DNA from: Candidatus Korarchaeum cryptofilum OPF8
GTDB taxonomy: Archaea; Korarchaeota; Korarchaeia; Korarchaeales; Korarchaeaceae
Direction: 5' to 3'
NCBI RefSeq assembly: GCF_000019605.1
Contig: NC_010482.1
Location: forward strand, 1,230,001-1,262,000
DNA length: 32,000 nucleotides
Shown here: one piece after another, positions 7,944-15,635 of the stretch
Numbering within the stretch: position 1 is the first letter of the stretch
Layout of the letters: the number at the start of each line of letters is the position of its first letter
Made by a program: the position numbers and the translations under genes
The notes under the pieces: generated by a model
Seen by the model: only the letters and a program-made list of their open reading frames with translations
Told to the model about the DNA's origin: nothing
Database searches by the model: none

Positions 7944-9470
7944 TTATATTTCATGTATACTTAAGTCACTATTGAGGAATTTTCTTACCTTTGTTGGGAG
8001 TTCCTCCCTCCTCACTCTCACCTGCATCATCGTATCCCTATCCCTCAATGTAACCGTATCATCTTCCAGCGTCTGGTAATCGATAGTAACACATAAAGGA
8101 GTTCCTATCTCATCCATCCTCCTGTATCTCCTTCCAATAGTTCCAGAGTCATCATAGAATGCTATAATCCCCTCATTTATGAGTTCATGGTATATCTCCC
8201 TCGCCTTACTCGGCAGCTCATCCCTCTTGAGGAGCGGGAATACTCCCACCTCTATAGGAGCTATGCTCCTGGGGAGCTGAAGCCATACTCTCTCCTCATC
8301 CTCCCTATACGCGAGCATGAGCTCGTGGAGGATAACTCTATCCACGCCTATGGATGGCTCATACATATGGGGCAGAAGCTTCCTATCGCTTTCCGGAATC
8401 GCTATCCTCAGGTCGATCCCGGAGACTCGCATATGTCCGGAGAGATCATAATCGGTCCTATAAGCATTATTTACGAGCTCGATCCAGCCCAGATCCTCAG
8501 TATAAACCTCCAAGTCCCAGTGAACGAGTGAGTAATGAGCTTTCTCTCCCTCCACTAATTCCCTATATCTCAACCTCTCGAGCGGGAAGCCCAGAGTCTC
8601 ATTGAAGAACCTCTGATAGGCGACTAACCAATAAGTTATGAGACTATTGACTGTGTACCCACTCATCAAAGCTTCTCTTGCCGGTATCTCCACTATCCTT
8701 CCGGATTCCCTATCCTCCCTCCTCAGGAACCTGAGCTTATAATCTAAGAAGGGTTCGAGTTTCTCCCTGTATAGCTCATCTGGATTCTCAGGATCGAAGA
8801 ATATCTGTACCTCAAGCTGTTGAAACTCCCTCATCCTGATAAGCGCTCTCCTAGGGGATATCTCATTCCTGAAAACTCTTCCGACCTGACCTAGAGCGAA
8901 GGGAAGCTTCCCCCTCATCACCGTGAAGGTCTTCCTGAATTCAACAACGCTACCCTGCGTTGTCTCGGGTCTAAGGGCGGCATTGGGCTCAGAGGCCTCG
9001 GCCCCTACAGCGAGTGTGAACATCAGATTGAAGTTCCTCAGATCGCCCCAATCGAATGCCCCACAGTTGGGACATCTAAGATTATTTTCTAGGACCATTT
9101 TCAAGAGTTGATCATCAGGAAGACCCTCAAGATTCTCCTCTATTCCTAAAGCCTCCTCTAACAGCTTGTCAATCCTGAACTTTGAGTGACACCTCCTACA
9201 TTCTATGAGCTTATCGAAGAAGTGTTCCAAGTGCCCCGATGCTTCAAAAACCTTTATTGGAAGTACGTTAGGCGTCTCAATTTCATTGACCCCCTCCTTA
9301 ATTACTATCTCCCTCCTCCATAGCCCTATTATCTTCTCCTTCATCCTGACGCCGAGAGGGCCGTATGTGTAGAAGCCGGCTGGAGCGTCCGAATAGACCT
9401 CCTTAGAGGATGGCCAGAAGAAGCCCCTCCTACTGGATAGCTCTATGACCTTATCGTATACCCCCTTCAC
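7944..9470 (-). CDS. glyS: Glycyl-tRNA synthetase (archaeal/eukaryal-type class II)
   Basis: The 508 aa product has N-terminal RRGFFWPSSKEVYSDAPAGFYTYGPLG, LRPETTQG, class II motifs and a C-terminal anticodon-binding region. It uses a GTG start with GGTGAT upstream, overlapping the 3' end of the preceding gene by 20 nt. Confidence 0.9.
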   Translation of the reverse strand: MKGVYDKVIELSSRRGFFWPSSKEVYSDAPAGFYTYGPLGVRMKEKIIGLWRREIVIKEGVNEIETPNVLPIKVFEASGHLEHFFDKLIECRRCHSKFRIDKLLEEALGIEENLEGLPDDQLLKMVLENNLRCPNCGAFDWGDLRNFNLMFTLAVGAEASEPNAALRPETTQGSVVEFRKTFTVMRGKLPFALGQVGRVFRNEISPRRALIRMREFQQLEVQIFFDPENPDELYREKLEPFLDYKLRFLRREDRESGRIVEIPAREALMSGYTVNSLITYWLVAYQRFFNETLGFPLERLRYRELVEGEKAHYSLVHWDLEVYTEDLGWIELVNNAYRTDYDLSGHMRVSGIDLRIAIPESDRKLLPHMYEPSIGVDRVILHELMLAYREDEERVWLQLPRSIAPIEVGVFPLLKRDELPSKAREIYHELINEGIIAFYDDSGTIGRRYRRMDEIGTPLCVTIDYQTLEDDTVTLRDRDTMMQVRVRREELPTKVRKFLNSDLSIHEI

Positions 9471-10026
9471 CCTCGATCACCCACTTGACTATATCCTCCG
9501 GTATCTTGGCCCTCCTAATGAGCTCGAATATGAAATTTTCACCTTTATCTTGGAATTTTCTCAAAAAGTATTTAACTGTTTCCGCATATTCCCAGAAATA
9601 GACAACCCAGGCTTCCGTCTCCTCGGAATAATAATCCGGCTTGAGCTTGCTCCAGGGTTTATAGTGCATCGTGGCTATCTTAACCTCGGAAGCGCCTCTC
9701 TCGAGCAAATGATCCCTAGCTACGATGAGGCTCTCCCCAGTATCAGCTACATCATCGACGAGCAGTACCTTCATGCCATCCAGCCTGCAATTTATCGGTT
9801 CAACTATCTCAGCCACCTTCTTGGATTCTAAAGCATCATAGTGGATGACTCTCATCACCTTTATCTCCCTTATATTGAGGAGATCGCTCAGCAACCTAGC
9901 CAGCACGACCCCTCCTCTCAATATCGCCACTATCAATTCCGGCTCGTACTTAGACTCCACTATTTTCTCGGCTATCCTCCTCGCATGGAGTAGGGCATCC
10001 TCGGGGCTCACATTTATGAAATCCAT
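9451..10026 (-). CDS. Purine phosphoribosyltransferase (Hpt/Gpt-like, type I PRT)
   Basis: The PRPP-binding motif VLLVDDVADTGESL and an upstream RGGVVLARLLSD loop are present. I place the start at ATG 10026 (MDFINVS...), 5 nt after GGAGGTG and 2 nt after the MazG stop. The ORF-track start at 10065 would overlap MazG. Confidence 0.75.
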   Translation of the reverse strand: MDFINVSPEDALLHARRIAEKIVESKYEPELIVAILRGGVVLARLLSDLLNIREIKVMRVIHYDALESKKVAEIVEPINCRLDGMKVLLVDDVADTGESLIVARDHLLERGASEVKIATMHYKPWSKLKPDYYSEETEAWVVYFWEYAETVKYFLRKFQDKGENFIFELIRRAKIPEDIVKWVIEGEGGIR

Positions 10027-10028
10027 CT

Positions 10029-10319
10029 TCACACCTCCGGACATGTACAGGGGATATTCCCGCACTTCGGACAGCCACCTCCATATCTCCTGACGAAGGC
10101 ATCCTCCAGATCAATTGAGAGAAGCTCTGAGACGCTCAAGAGCCAGGCAAATACATCTGCCAGCTCATCCTTCATATTGTCTGATTGATTGCTCCTTATA
10201 GCTCTAAAAAGTTCTCCAACTTCCTCTCCTAAGTGAAGGGCGGTTCCAAGAATCCCCCTCTTCGAATCCCTCTCTCCATAGATCTCCCTGATGAGTCCCT
10301 GGGCCTCCTTTACCTTCAT
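10029..10319 (-). CDS. MazG-like nucleotide pyrophosphohydrolase with a C-terminal Cys cluster
   Basis: The 96 aa product has the EExxE...ExxD pattern (HLGEEVGELFRAI...DELADVFAWLL) of all-alpha NTP pyrophosphohydrolases. Its C-terminus is CPKCGNIPCTC. Confidence 0.7.
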   Translation of the reverse strand: MKVKEAQGLIREIYGERDSKRGILGTALHLGEEVGELFRAIRSNQSDNMKDELADVFAWLLSVSELLSIDLEDAFVRRYGGGCPKCGNIPCTCPEV

Positions 10320-10524
10320 ATCCCATTACCTTCTTTAGATGAGATTGAGAGCTATTACAGCAATCCCAGTCGCTATTGACAGGAGGATTGGGAACCACTT
10401 CGGTACTTTAAATCCTCCGGCCTCATCTGTGCTGAATGATAGTATTCCAGCGACCGACATCGGCATGAACCCCTTCTCCCTCTTCTTCACCTTGGGCATG
10501 TTGACCCCCCGAAGCTATGCCCTC

Positions 10525-10537
10525 AATAAAAATAAAT
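10525..10537 (+). promoter_or_regulatory. TATA-like box (AATAAAAATAAAT) for the beta-CASP gene
   Basis: The box is centred about 30 nt upstream of ATG 10561 with no Shine-Dalgarno between them, suggesting a leaderless or near-leaderless start. This supports rejecting the 74-codon N-terminal extension in the ORF track. Confidence 0.4.
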
Positions 10538-10560
10538 CTTCCAATCGTGGACTTGATGCG

Positions 10561-11475
10561 ATGAGGTTCAGGTATGGAAATGGCATCGAAATAGAGTGCG
10601 GAGAAAGGATACTGATAGATCCAAAGAGAGCCATTGAGGGTATTCCAGTTCTGATATCGCATGCACATTCGGATCATGTCCCTAGGAACGTAAGTCACGT
10701 TAAGACCGATGTCTACGCTAGCTTTGGGACAGCCTCAATACTGAGAAGGCTCTACGGAGGACATTATAAGATATTGCATTTCAATGAGAGCATTAGCATA
10801 GGGAACTTTGAGATATATGCCTTCCCTGCTGGCCATATATATGGATCCTCTGGCTTCTTGATAAACTGCGGGAAGATCTCTCTGTTTTACACGGGGGACG
10901 TGAACCCTCGCGGCGGCCTCACGGTTGAATCCCCTGCGAGGATACCCAAGGCGGATATACTGATAACGGAGGCCACATACGGTCTTCCAAAATTCAGATT
11001 TCCGGATCAGGAAGTTACGAGGGCTAGATTATCAAAATGGGTTATTAAAGAAGTAATGAATGGTAGATCTCCTATTTTAAGCGCTTATCTAATTGGGAAA
11101 TCTCAGGAAGTTATTGCTACATTGAACAGATATACTAACTTAGAGGTATCGGTATCCAAGAGGATCGCTGATGTGAGCGAGGCCTACAGCGTTTTTGACC
11201 TGAGATATGAAGTAGATACTCATAAAGATGCACATGTGACGCATAAAGCTTATGATAACGCTGCAAGGGTAACAGGATGGGCTATCCTCTCTAAAAGGGA
11301 ATGCGATTTTCCATTAAGTGCCCATGCTGATTTTTATGACTTGTTGAATGTTGTAGAGCTCTCAAATTCAAGCAGAATATATACTGTTTATGGCTATGCA
11401 GAGGGATTCGCCAAGATCCTTAAAAAAATGGGTATTGAGGCTTCTGCACTGAGCGATACCTGGGTGGAGTTATGA
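10561..11475 (+). CDS. Metallo-beta-lactamase fold / beta-CASP-like nuclease (short form, about 304 aa)
   Basis: The product contains the HAHSDH motif (HxHxDH), later GH, TGD and TEATYG motifs, and a C-terminal SAHAD. This order is characteristic of beta-CASP RNA/DNA nucleases. The start is set at ATG 10561 (MRFRYGNGIEIE). Confidence 0.65.
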   Translation: MRFRYGNGIEIECGERILIDPKRAIEGIPVLISHAHSDHVPRNVSHVKTDVYASFGTASILRRLYGGHYKILHFNESISIGNFEIYAFPAGHIYGSSGFLINCGKISLFYTGDVNPRGGLTVESPARIPKADILITEATYGLPKFRFPDQEVTRARLSKWVIKEVMNGRSPILSAYLIGKSQEVIATLNRYTNLEVSVSKRIADVSEAYSVFDLRYEVDTHKDAHVTHKAYDNAARVTGWAILSKRECDFPLSAHADFYDLLNVVELSNSSRIYTVYGYAEGFAKILKKMGIEASALSDTWVEL

Positions 11476-11967
11476 ACCCTTCTTGGTTATCCCAGGTATC
11501 TCCGATGGTACTATAGATGGTCTCTCCTTCGTGGTATCTAAGATGAGCGATGTGTTGGTATCCCTGACACCGGGTATCATCTGTATCTTCCTCAGGACGT
11601 CATTGAGCTCCTGTTGGCTTCCCGCAATCACTTTGACGATTATATCGAACTGGCCTGTTATCTCGTGAACCTCTAAGATGTTATCCTCGAGCATTGATGC
11701 TATCTTCTTGGCTACCTCGTTATGCTTCCCGGGCTCAACCTCGAGTAAGATTATATATTTACTACCCTTACCTAGCTTCGCGTGATCAACGAGCGCCGTG
11801 TACCCCTTTATGATGCCGAGATCCTCGAGCTTCCTTACCTTCTTCATAACACCCGCTGGGCTCATGCCGAGATCTCTAGATATCTGAGTGAAAGTCACTC
11901 TCCCGTTTTCGACCAGTTTCCTCAGTATCTCTATCTCCTTGGCAGTTACACCCTTCACCCTAGGCAT
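11470..11967 (-). CDS. Lrp/AsnC-family transcriptional regulator
   Basis: The 165 aa product has an N-terminal wHTH (ILRKLVENGRVTFTQISRDLGMSPAGVMKKVRKLEDLGIIKGY) followed by a RAM/ACT-like domain (VHEITGQFDIIVKV...IPGVRDTNT). GGAGGTG lies 7 nt upstream of the ATG. Confidence 0.9.
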   Translation of the reverse strand: MPRVKGVTAKEIEILRKLVENGRVTFTQISRDLGMSPAGVMKKVRKLEDLGIIKGYTALVDHAKLGKGSKYIILLEVEPGKHNEVAKKIASMLEDNILEVHEITGQFDIIVKVIAGSQQELNDVLRKIQMIPGVRDTNTSLILDTTKERPSIVPSEIPGITKKGS

Positions 11968-12052
11968 AAACTAACACCTCCCAACATTCCCATGGAGCAC
12001 GTGACTCCATCTACACTGACAGGTATTCGAATAAAAAGTTTTTTATCAACAT

Positions 12053-13726
12053 ATGAGTGGTGTTATAGAAGTGAGTAATAACTCGGCTATAGATGTAGCC
12101 AAAAGGAGGAGTAAAGATCTTTTCTCGCTCCCTGGGAGAAAGGAGGCCATAATATTTACCATAGCGGTCATTTTGCTGTCCACATTTCTCGCATATCTAT
12201 TTAAAGGGCCACTGCTATCACATAAATACCTGATTTTATCTACTATTGTTCCCCTCTTATCATTCGTCATGACGAATGGAGATGCGGATTATCTAGACTC
12301 TAGGAGATCTCTATGGATATCTGCGTTCATCTCGCTTCCTTTAGTGATAGATTCCATACTAGGCTCGATTGGAATTGCAGCTTTCTCAATGAGTTATACT
12401 ATAGTGTTCCTAGCATCTCTCATAACGTGGTCACTGGGCGCCACCATAAGGTCAAAAGCCCTTCCATTCCTGTTGTCTGCACTTTTCCTATTAATAGAGC
12501 CTTCTATGAGAATATTATTATCTGTATTGACATCTTTTATTTCAATTTATCTCTTTAAAAGGGTATTGGATGCCATAACTGAGCATGCTATAGGTTTGAG
12601 GGGCTTTGAAGCCGTGAGGGCTCTAGCTGAGATAGTGCTAGCTGGTAGAGGTAGGATAATAGAGGAGGCGTTGGAGAGGAGGAGTGAGGAGGGCAAGGTC
12701 AGTTTCGATTTAATCGTATTAGGAGATCGGTCTATAATTGCTCTAGATGTCCATCCAGGTCCATTCAAATTTGGTAGCTACGATCTCCCGTTCAAAGTGG
12801 TTGAAAGATTTGATAAAAGATCTGACACTTTGTTCCTGAGGAGATCATGTTCCCATGAGAGGAACCTGCCCTCCGGAGGAGTAGTTGAGAGGCTACTGGA
12901 TCAAATCTCCCTTGACTTTGAGAGGGCAAAAGAATGCTGCATTGGGAAGCTCTTCTACGAGAGATCTGAGCACTTCGAGGTCACTGCCCAGAGGGTCTGT
13001 GACACCATCTTATTCACCGTTTCGGGCCACTTACTGAGAAGTTTTGAGGATATTCCGCGGGAGTTTGAGGACATACTCTCGAGGATCTTGGGCGAGGATG
13101 TCTCGATCGTCGATAGGCACGATTCTCTACTGGATGATTGGTACATCAGAGCTCTTCCTGGGACCGAATTGGGGGACGAGCTCCTCGATCTTCTTATTAA
13201 AGCTGGGAGAAAAGCTCTTTCATCCGATTGTTATAGTGAGGTCTCCGTAGGTTTCTCTAAGTCGAATCCTAGATGGAGGTCCCTGGGTAGAGGGGGAGTT
13301 AGGGCTCTCAGCATCTCCTTGGGCGGGGAGACTGTAACTTACCTCTCGATAGATTGTAATAACATGGTGCCGGAGCTAAGGAGCTTCCTAGATTTCAATT
13401 CAGTCGAGGGGACGAAGCTAATAGTATCGACAACAGATACCCATGAGGCTTTAGCGGTGAGAGTGACTTACAATCCATTGGGTAGCGAGTGCGAGGGGAG
13501 AATCGATTGCTTGATGGAGATAGCGGATCAATTGAAAAGGATTGTGAGAGAATCTATGGCTGAGATGAGAAAAGTAAAAGTGAAATACTACAGAGGGTGC
13601 CTGAAACTACCTTTAATAGGTGAGGAAAACACGATCTCCTTAGTTTCCCTCATGGGACTCAGTTCGATGGCAAAAGGATTGTTGGCTCTCTCATTAATCC
13701 CTCAAATTTTAATATTTTTTATATAA
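12053..13726 (+). CDS. Multi-pass membrane protein with a large soluble domain, resembling the archaeal DUF2070 family (function unknown)
   Basis: The 557 aa product has about 5 N-terminal hydrophobic helices (residues 30-170), a soluble region of about 350 aa, and a C-terminal hydrophobic segment. The DUF2070 assignment is from memory of overall architecture only. Confidence 0.55.
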   Translation: MSGVIEVSNNSAIDVAKRRSKDLFSLPGRKEAIIFTIAVILLSTFLAYLFKGPLLSHKYLILSTIVPLLSFVMTNGDADYLDSRRSLWISAFISLPLVIDSILGSIGIAAFSMSYTIVFLASLITWSLGATIRSKALPFLLSALFLLIEPSMRILLSVLTSFISIYLFKRVLDAITEHAIGLRGFEAVRALAEIVLAGRGRIIEEALERRSEEGKVSFDLIVLGDRSIIALDVHPGPFKFGSYDLPFKVVERFDKRSDTLFLRRSCSHERNLPSGGVVERLLDQISLDFERAKECCIGKLFYERSEHFEVTAQRVCDTILFTVSGHLLRSFEDIPREFEDILSRILGEDVSIVDRHDSLLDDWYIRALPGTELGDELLDLLIKAGRKALSSDCYSEVSVGFSKSNPRWRSLGRGGVRALSISLGGETVTYLSIDCNNMVPELRSFLDFNSVEGTKLIVSTTDTHEALAVRVTYNPLGSECEGRIDCLMEIADQLKRIVRESMAEMRKVKVKYYRGCLKLPLIGEENTISLVSLMGLSSMAKGLLALSLIPQILIFFI

Positions 13727-13803
13727 TGCTATGAATTTTTCTATTAATTTGGGACTTTTGAATATAAAAAATATACTGTTATGGGGAGCCTTCTCTTCTA
13801 AAG

Positions 13804-13812
13804 TTTTTTATT
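13804..13812 (+). promoter_or_regulatory. TATA-like box (TTTTTTATT) upstream of tRNA-Lys
   Basis: The box is centred about 34 nt upstream of the mature tRNA 5' end, compatible with a short 5' leader. Confidence 0.35.
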
Positions 13813-13841
13813 CTCGAGTCATATAAGAGTTTGAGAGGCAT

Positions 13842-13915
13842 GGGCCCGTAGCTCAGAATGGAAGAGCACCCGGCTTTTAACCGGGGGGTCGCGGGTTCAA
13901 ATCCCGCCGGGCCCG
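13842..13915 (+). tRNA. tRNA-Lys (anticodon UUU), no intron, CCA not encoded
   Basis: The hand-folded cloverleaf is: acceptor GGGCCCG/CGGGCCC, D stem GCTC/GAGC, anticodon stem CCCGG/CCGGG with loop CTTTTAA, variable GGGTC, T stem GCGGG/CCCGC with loop TTCAAAT, discriminator G. The stems are almost entirely G-C. Confidence 0.95.
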
Positions 13916-14036
13916 TCCTCCAAATCTATCATCTCAACCTCATGATTTAGCTTCATTCCAACCTCAATTAAACAGTCCGGTTGGAAGCACCCTTTACCTA
14001 TTTTTAAAATCCAGTACACTGGCATGAGTGAGACTC

Positions 14037-14414
14037 ATGATGGAAGTGAAGGCTCTTCTTAAGGAGGCATCCGATCTTAAGACTAGGGGAAGTTATGCGG
14101 AATCCTTTGCTATTTTGAGGAGAGTGCTACAGCTTTCATTCAAGTTGATCCTATCTAGGCTTGGGATAGATGCCCCTTATGATAGTACCCTATCCCTTTA
14201 TCACTTAATCCCGATAGGACTCAGGCCCCCTATAGGGGAGAGGGAGCTGGAGGATTTCGAGAGTAAGTATATGCTGTCCCTGAGCTCTGGCCCCCTAGAT
14301 CCTCGATCTCTGGAGGCAGGCTTCGAGATAGCGGAGAGAGTCATTCATTGGGCTGAGTCCATCATAAAAAATAAGATGGAGTCACTCGAACCTCAGGGCT
14401 TTGGCGGGCTCTAG
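14037..14414 (+). CDS. Small all-helical protein, HEPN-like but lacking the R-x4-6-H motif (hypothetical)
   Basis: The pattern KEASDLKTRGSYAESFAILRRVLQLSFKLILSRLGI...LYHLI...AFEIAERVIHWAESII follows the helix spacing of HEPN domains as I remember them. TATA TTTTTAAAAT lies at 14001-14010, so ATG 14037/14040 is preferred over GTG 14028. The 3' end overlaps the convergent permease gene by 33 nt. Confidence 0.4.
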   Translation: MMEVKALLKEASDLKTRGSYAESFAILRRVLQLSFKLILSRLGIDAPYDSTLSLYHLIPIGLRPPIGERELEDFESKYMLSLSSGPLDPRSLEAGFEIAERVIHWAESIIKNKMESLEPQGFGGL

Positions 14415-15635
14415 CTTAGCTGCCTGGCGCGCGGGCGGTATAGCTCCTATTAGCGTTATCAGAAGTGTAACACCAGCTATTGTGAGCGCATACTCCAGAG
14501 GGAGAACGGGAGTTATTGAGAGGCTTATACTACCCTGCATTCCACCAGCTCTGCTCGTGACCCTTACGTTGGAGCTGCCTCCACCTATAGCTAATGACAT
14601 CAATTGAGAGAGTAATATAGCTCCGACATAACCACCGATGATCCCAAGTATGATGGCTATCGCGCTCATTATCACCCCTTCAAACAGGAATGAGAGCATT
14701 ATTTCCCTTTGAAATGCCCCCATCGCTCTCATGACTCCGATTATCCTGGTCCTCTCTGTAACTGTGGTGTACATAGCGTTCATTATCCCCACTGATGCTA
14801 CCACTATCGTCATCACAGCTATAGAGCCCAAGGCTATTATTGAGGTATTTATCAGTGTATCTAGAGCCCTTTGAAGGTCCCTCATAGCTATAGGATAAGC
14901 TGAGTCCCCATATTCATCCCTCAGCTCGCTAACAACCTGATCTATTCTATTAACATCATCCACGATCACGACTAGAGTAGGGTAGTCCCTCCTGTTGTAG
15001 AACCTCTGGTACATGCTCATAGCATAATCTAAGGGGATCAGTATTGAATTATCGACATCTGTCATTATTGAAGTGCCGTATGGCGCTAGCACGCCATAAA
15101 TAGTCCCTTTTATGCTTCCCTTATTGATGGGCCCACCGATGGAGATCCTGATGCCTAATCCGATTAAATCCCTAGCATCTTCAACGGAGATCTGGCTCAA
15201 TATGTTATTCCCTATTATCACAGCCTGCTCAGCTTGATTCGATGGCCAATCTCCGTATTGGAGCTTTAGATCTGGGAAGAGCTCCTCCACATAGTTAACA
15301 TCGAATCCAACTATACTAGCTCTGATATTCTGCCCCATGACATTGAACTCGCCGAAAATCCTTATCATGGGGATCACAGTTTCCACACCATCCATCGTGC
15401 TTATCTTAGCTAAGTCGGACTCAGTGAATGAGGCCTCCCTGGGAATTAGATAGATGACCCTCAGGCTCCCTCCTTTTATTATCTTCTGTATAGCCACTCC
15501 ATAGCCAGCGGCGTAAGATACCACTGCTGTTAGAGTCAATACTCCGAGGAAAATGCCGAGAAGAGTGAGGTAGGTCCTCCTCTTCCTGCTCCTCATAGCC
15601 TTAAATGAGAACTTAAGTATGTCAAGGAGCCTCAA
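14382..15635 (-). CDS. ABC transporter permease, MacB/FtsX family (large extracytoplasmic domain between TM1 and TM2)
   Basis: The 417 aa product has N-terminal LKFSFKAMRSRKRRTYLTLLGIFLGV (typical FtsX-family TM1), an extracytoplasmic domain of about 230 aa, and three C-terminal TM helices ending in PARQAAKLEPAKALRFE. The TTG start has GAGGTG 9 nt upstream and overlaps the preceding gene by 14 nt. Confidence 0.85.
   Translation of the reverse strand: MRLLDILKFSFKAMRSRKRRTYLTLLGIFLGVLTLTAVVSYAAGYGVAIQKIIKGGSLRVIYLIPREASFTESDLAKISTMDGVETVIPMIRIFGEFNVMGQNIRASIVGFDVNYVEELFPDLKLQYGDWPSNQAEQAVIIGNNILSQISVEDARDLIGLGIRISIGGPINKGSIKGTIYGVLAPYGTSIMTDVDNSILIPLDYAMSMYQRFYNRRDYPTLVVIVDDVNRIDQVVSELRDEYGDSAYPIAMRDLQRALDTLINTSIIALGSIAVMTIVVASVGIMNAMYTTVTERTRIIGVMRAMGAFQREIMLSFLFEGVIMSAIAIILGIIGGYVGAILLSQLMSLAIGGGSSNVRVTSRAGGMQGSISLSITPVLPLEYALTIAGVTLLITLIGAIPPARQAAKLEPAKALRFE

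Noticed and set aside
10027-10065. Upstream start (10065) for the phosphoribosyltransferase
   Set aside because: It would overlap the MazG gene by 37 nt. ATG 10026 has an ideal GGAGGTG 5 nt upstream, and the conserved domain begins after it.
10339-10560. 74-codon N-terminal extension of the beta-CASP ORF as given in the ORF track
   Set aside because: The extension has no homology-like features. A TATA-like box at 10525-10537 sits inside it, about 30 nt before ATG 10561, where the conserved MBL fold begins. The region is better read as the divergent promoter spacer.
10320-10560. C/D-box sRNA candidates in intergenic spacers (CTGA next to ATGATA near 10431-10441; TGATTGA ... CTGA near 1446-1473; ATGATA/CTGA pieces in 20460-20630)
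   Set aside because: No candidate has a consensus RUGAUGA C box with correctly spaced D', C' and D boxes and terminal pairing. The matches are single short motifs expected by chance.
13727-14414. Possible integrated element at tRNA-Lys
   Set aside because: No integrase or recombinase gene is present. I could not find a direct repeat of the tRNA 3' half elsewhere in the window by eye. The flanking genes look like ordinary chromosomal content, and only the small HEPN-like ORF is suggestive.
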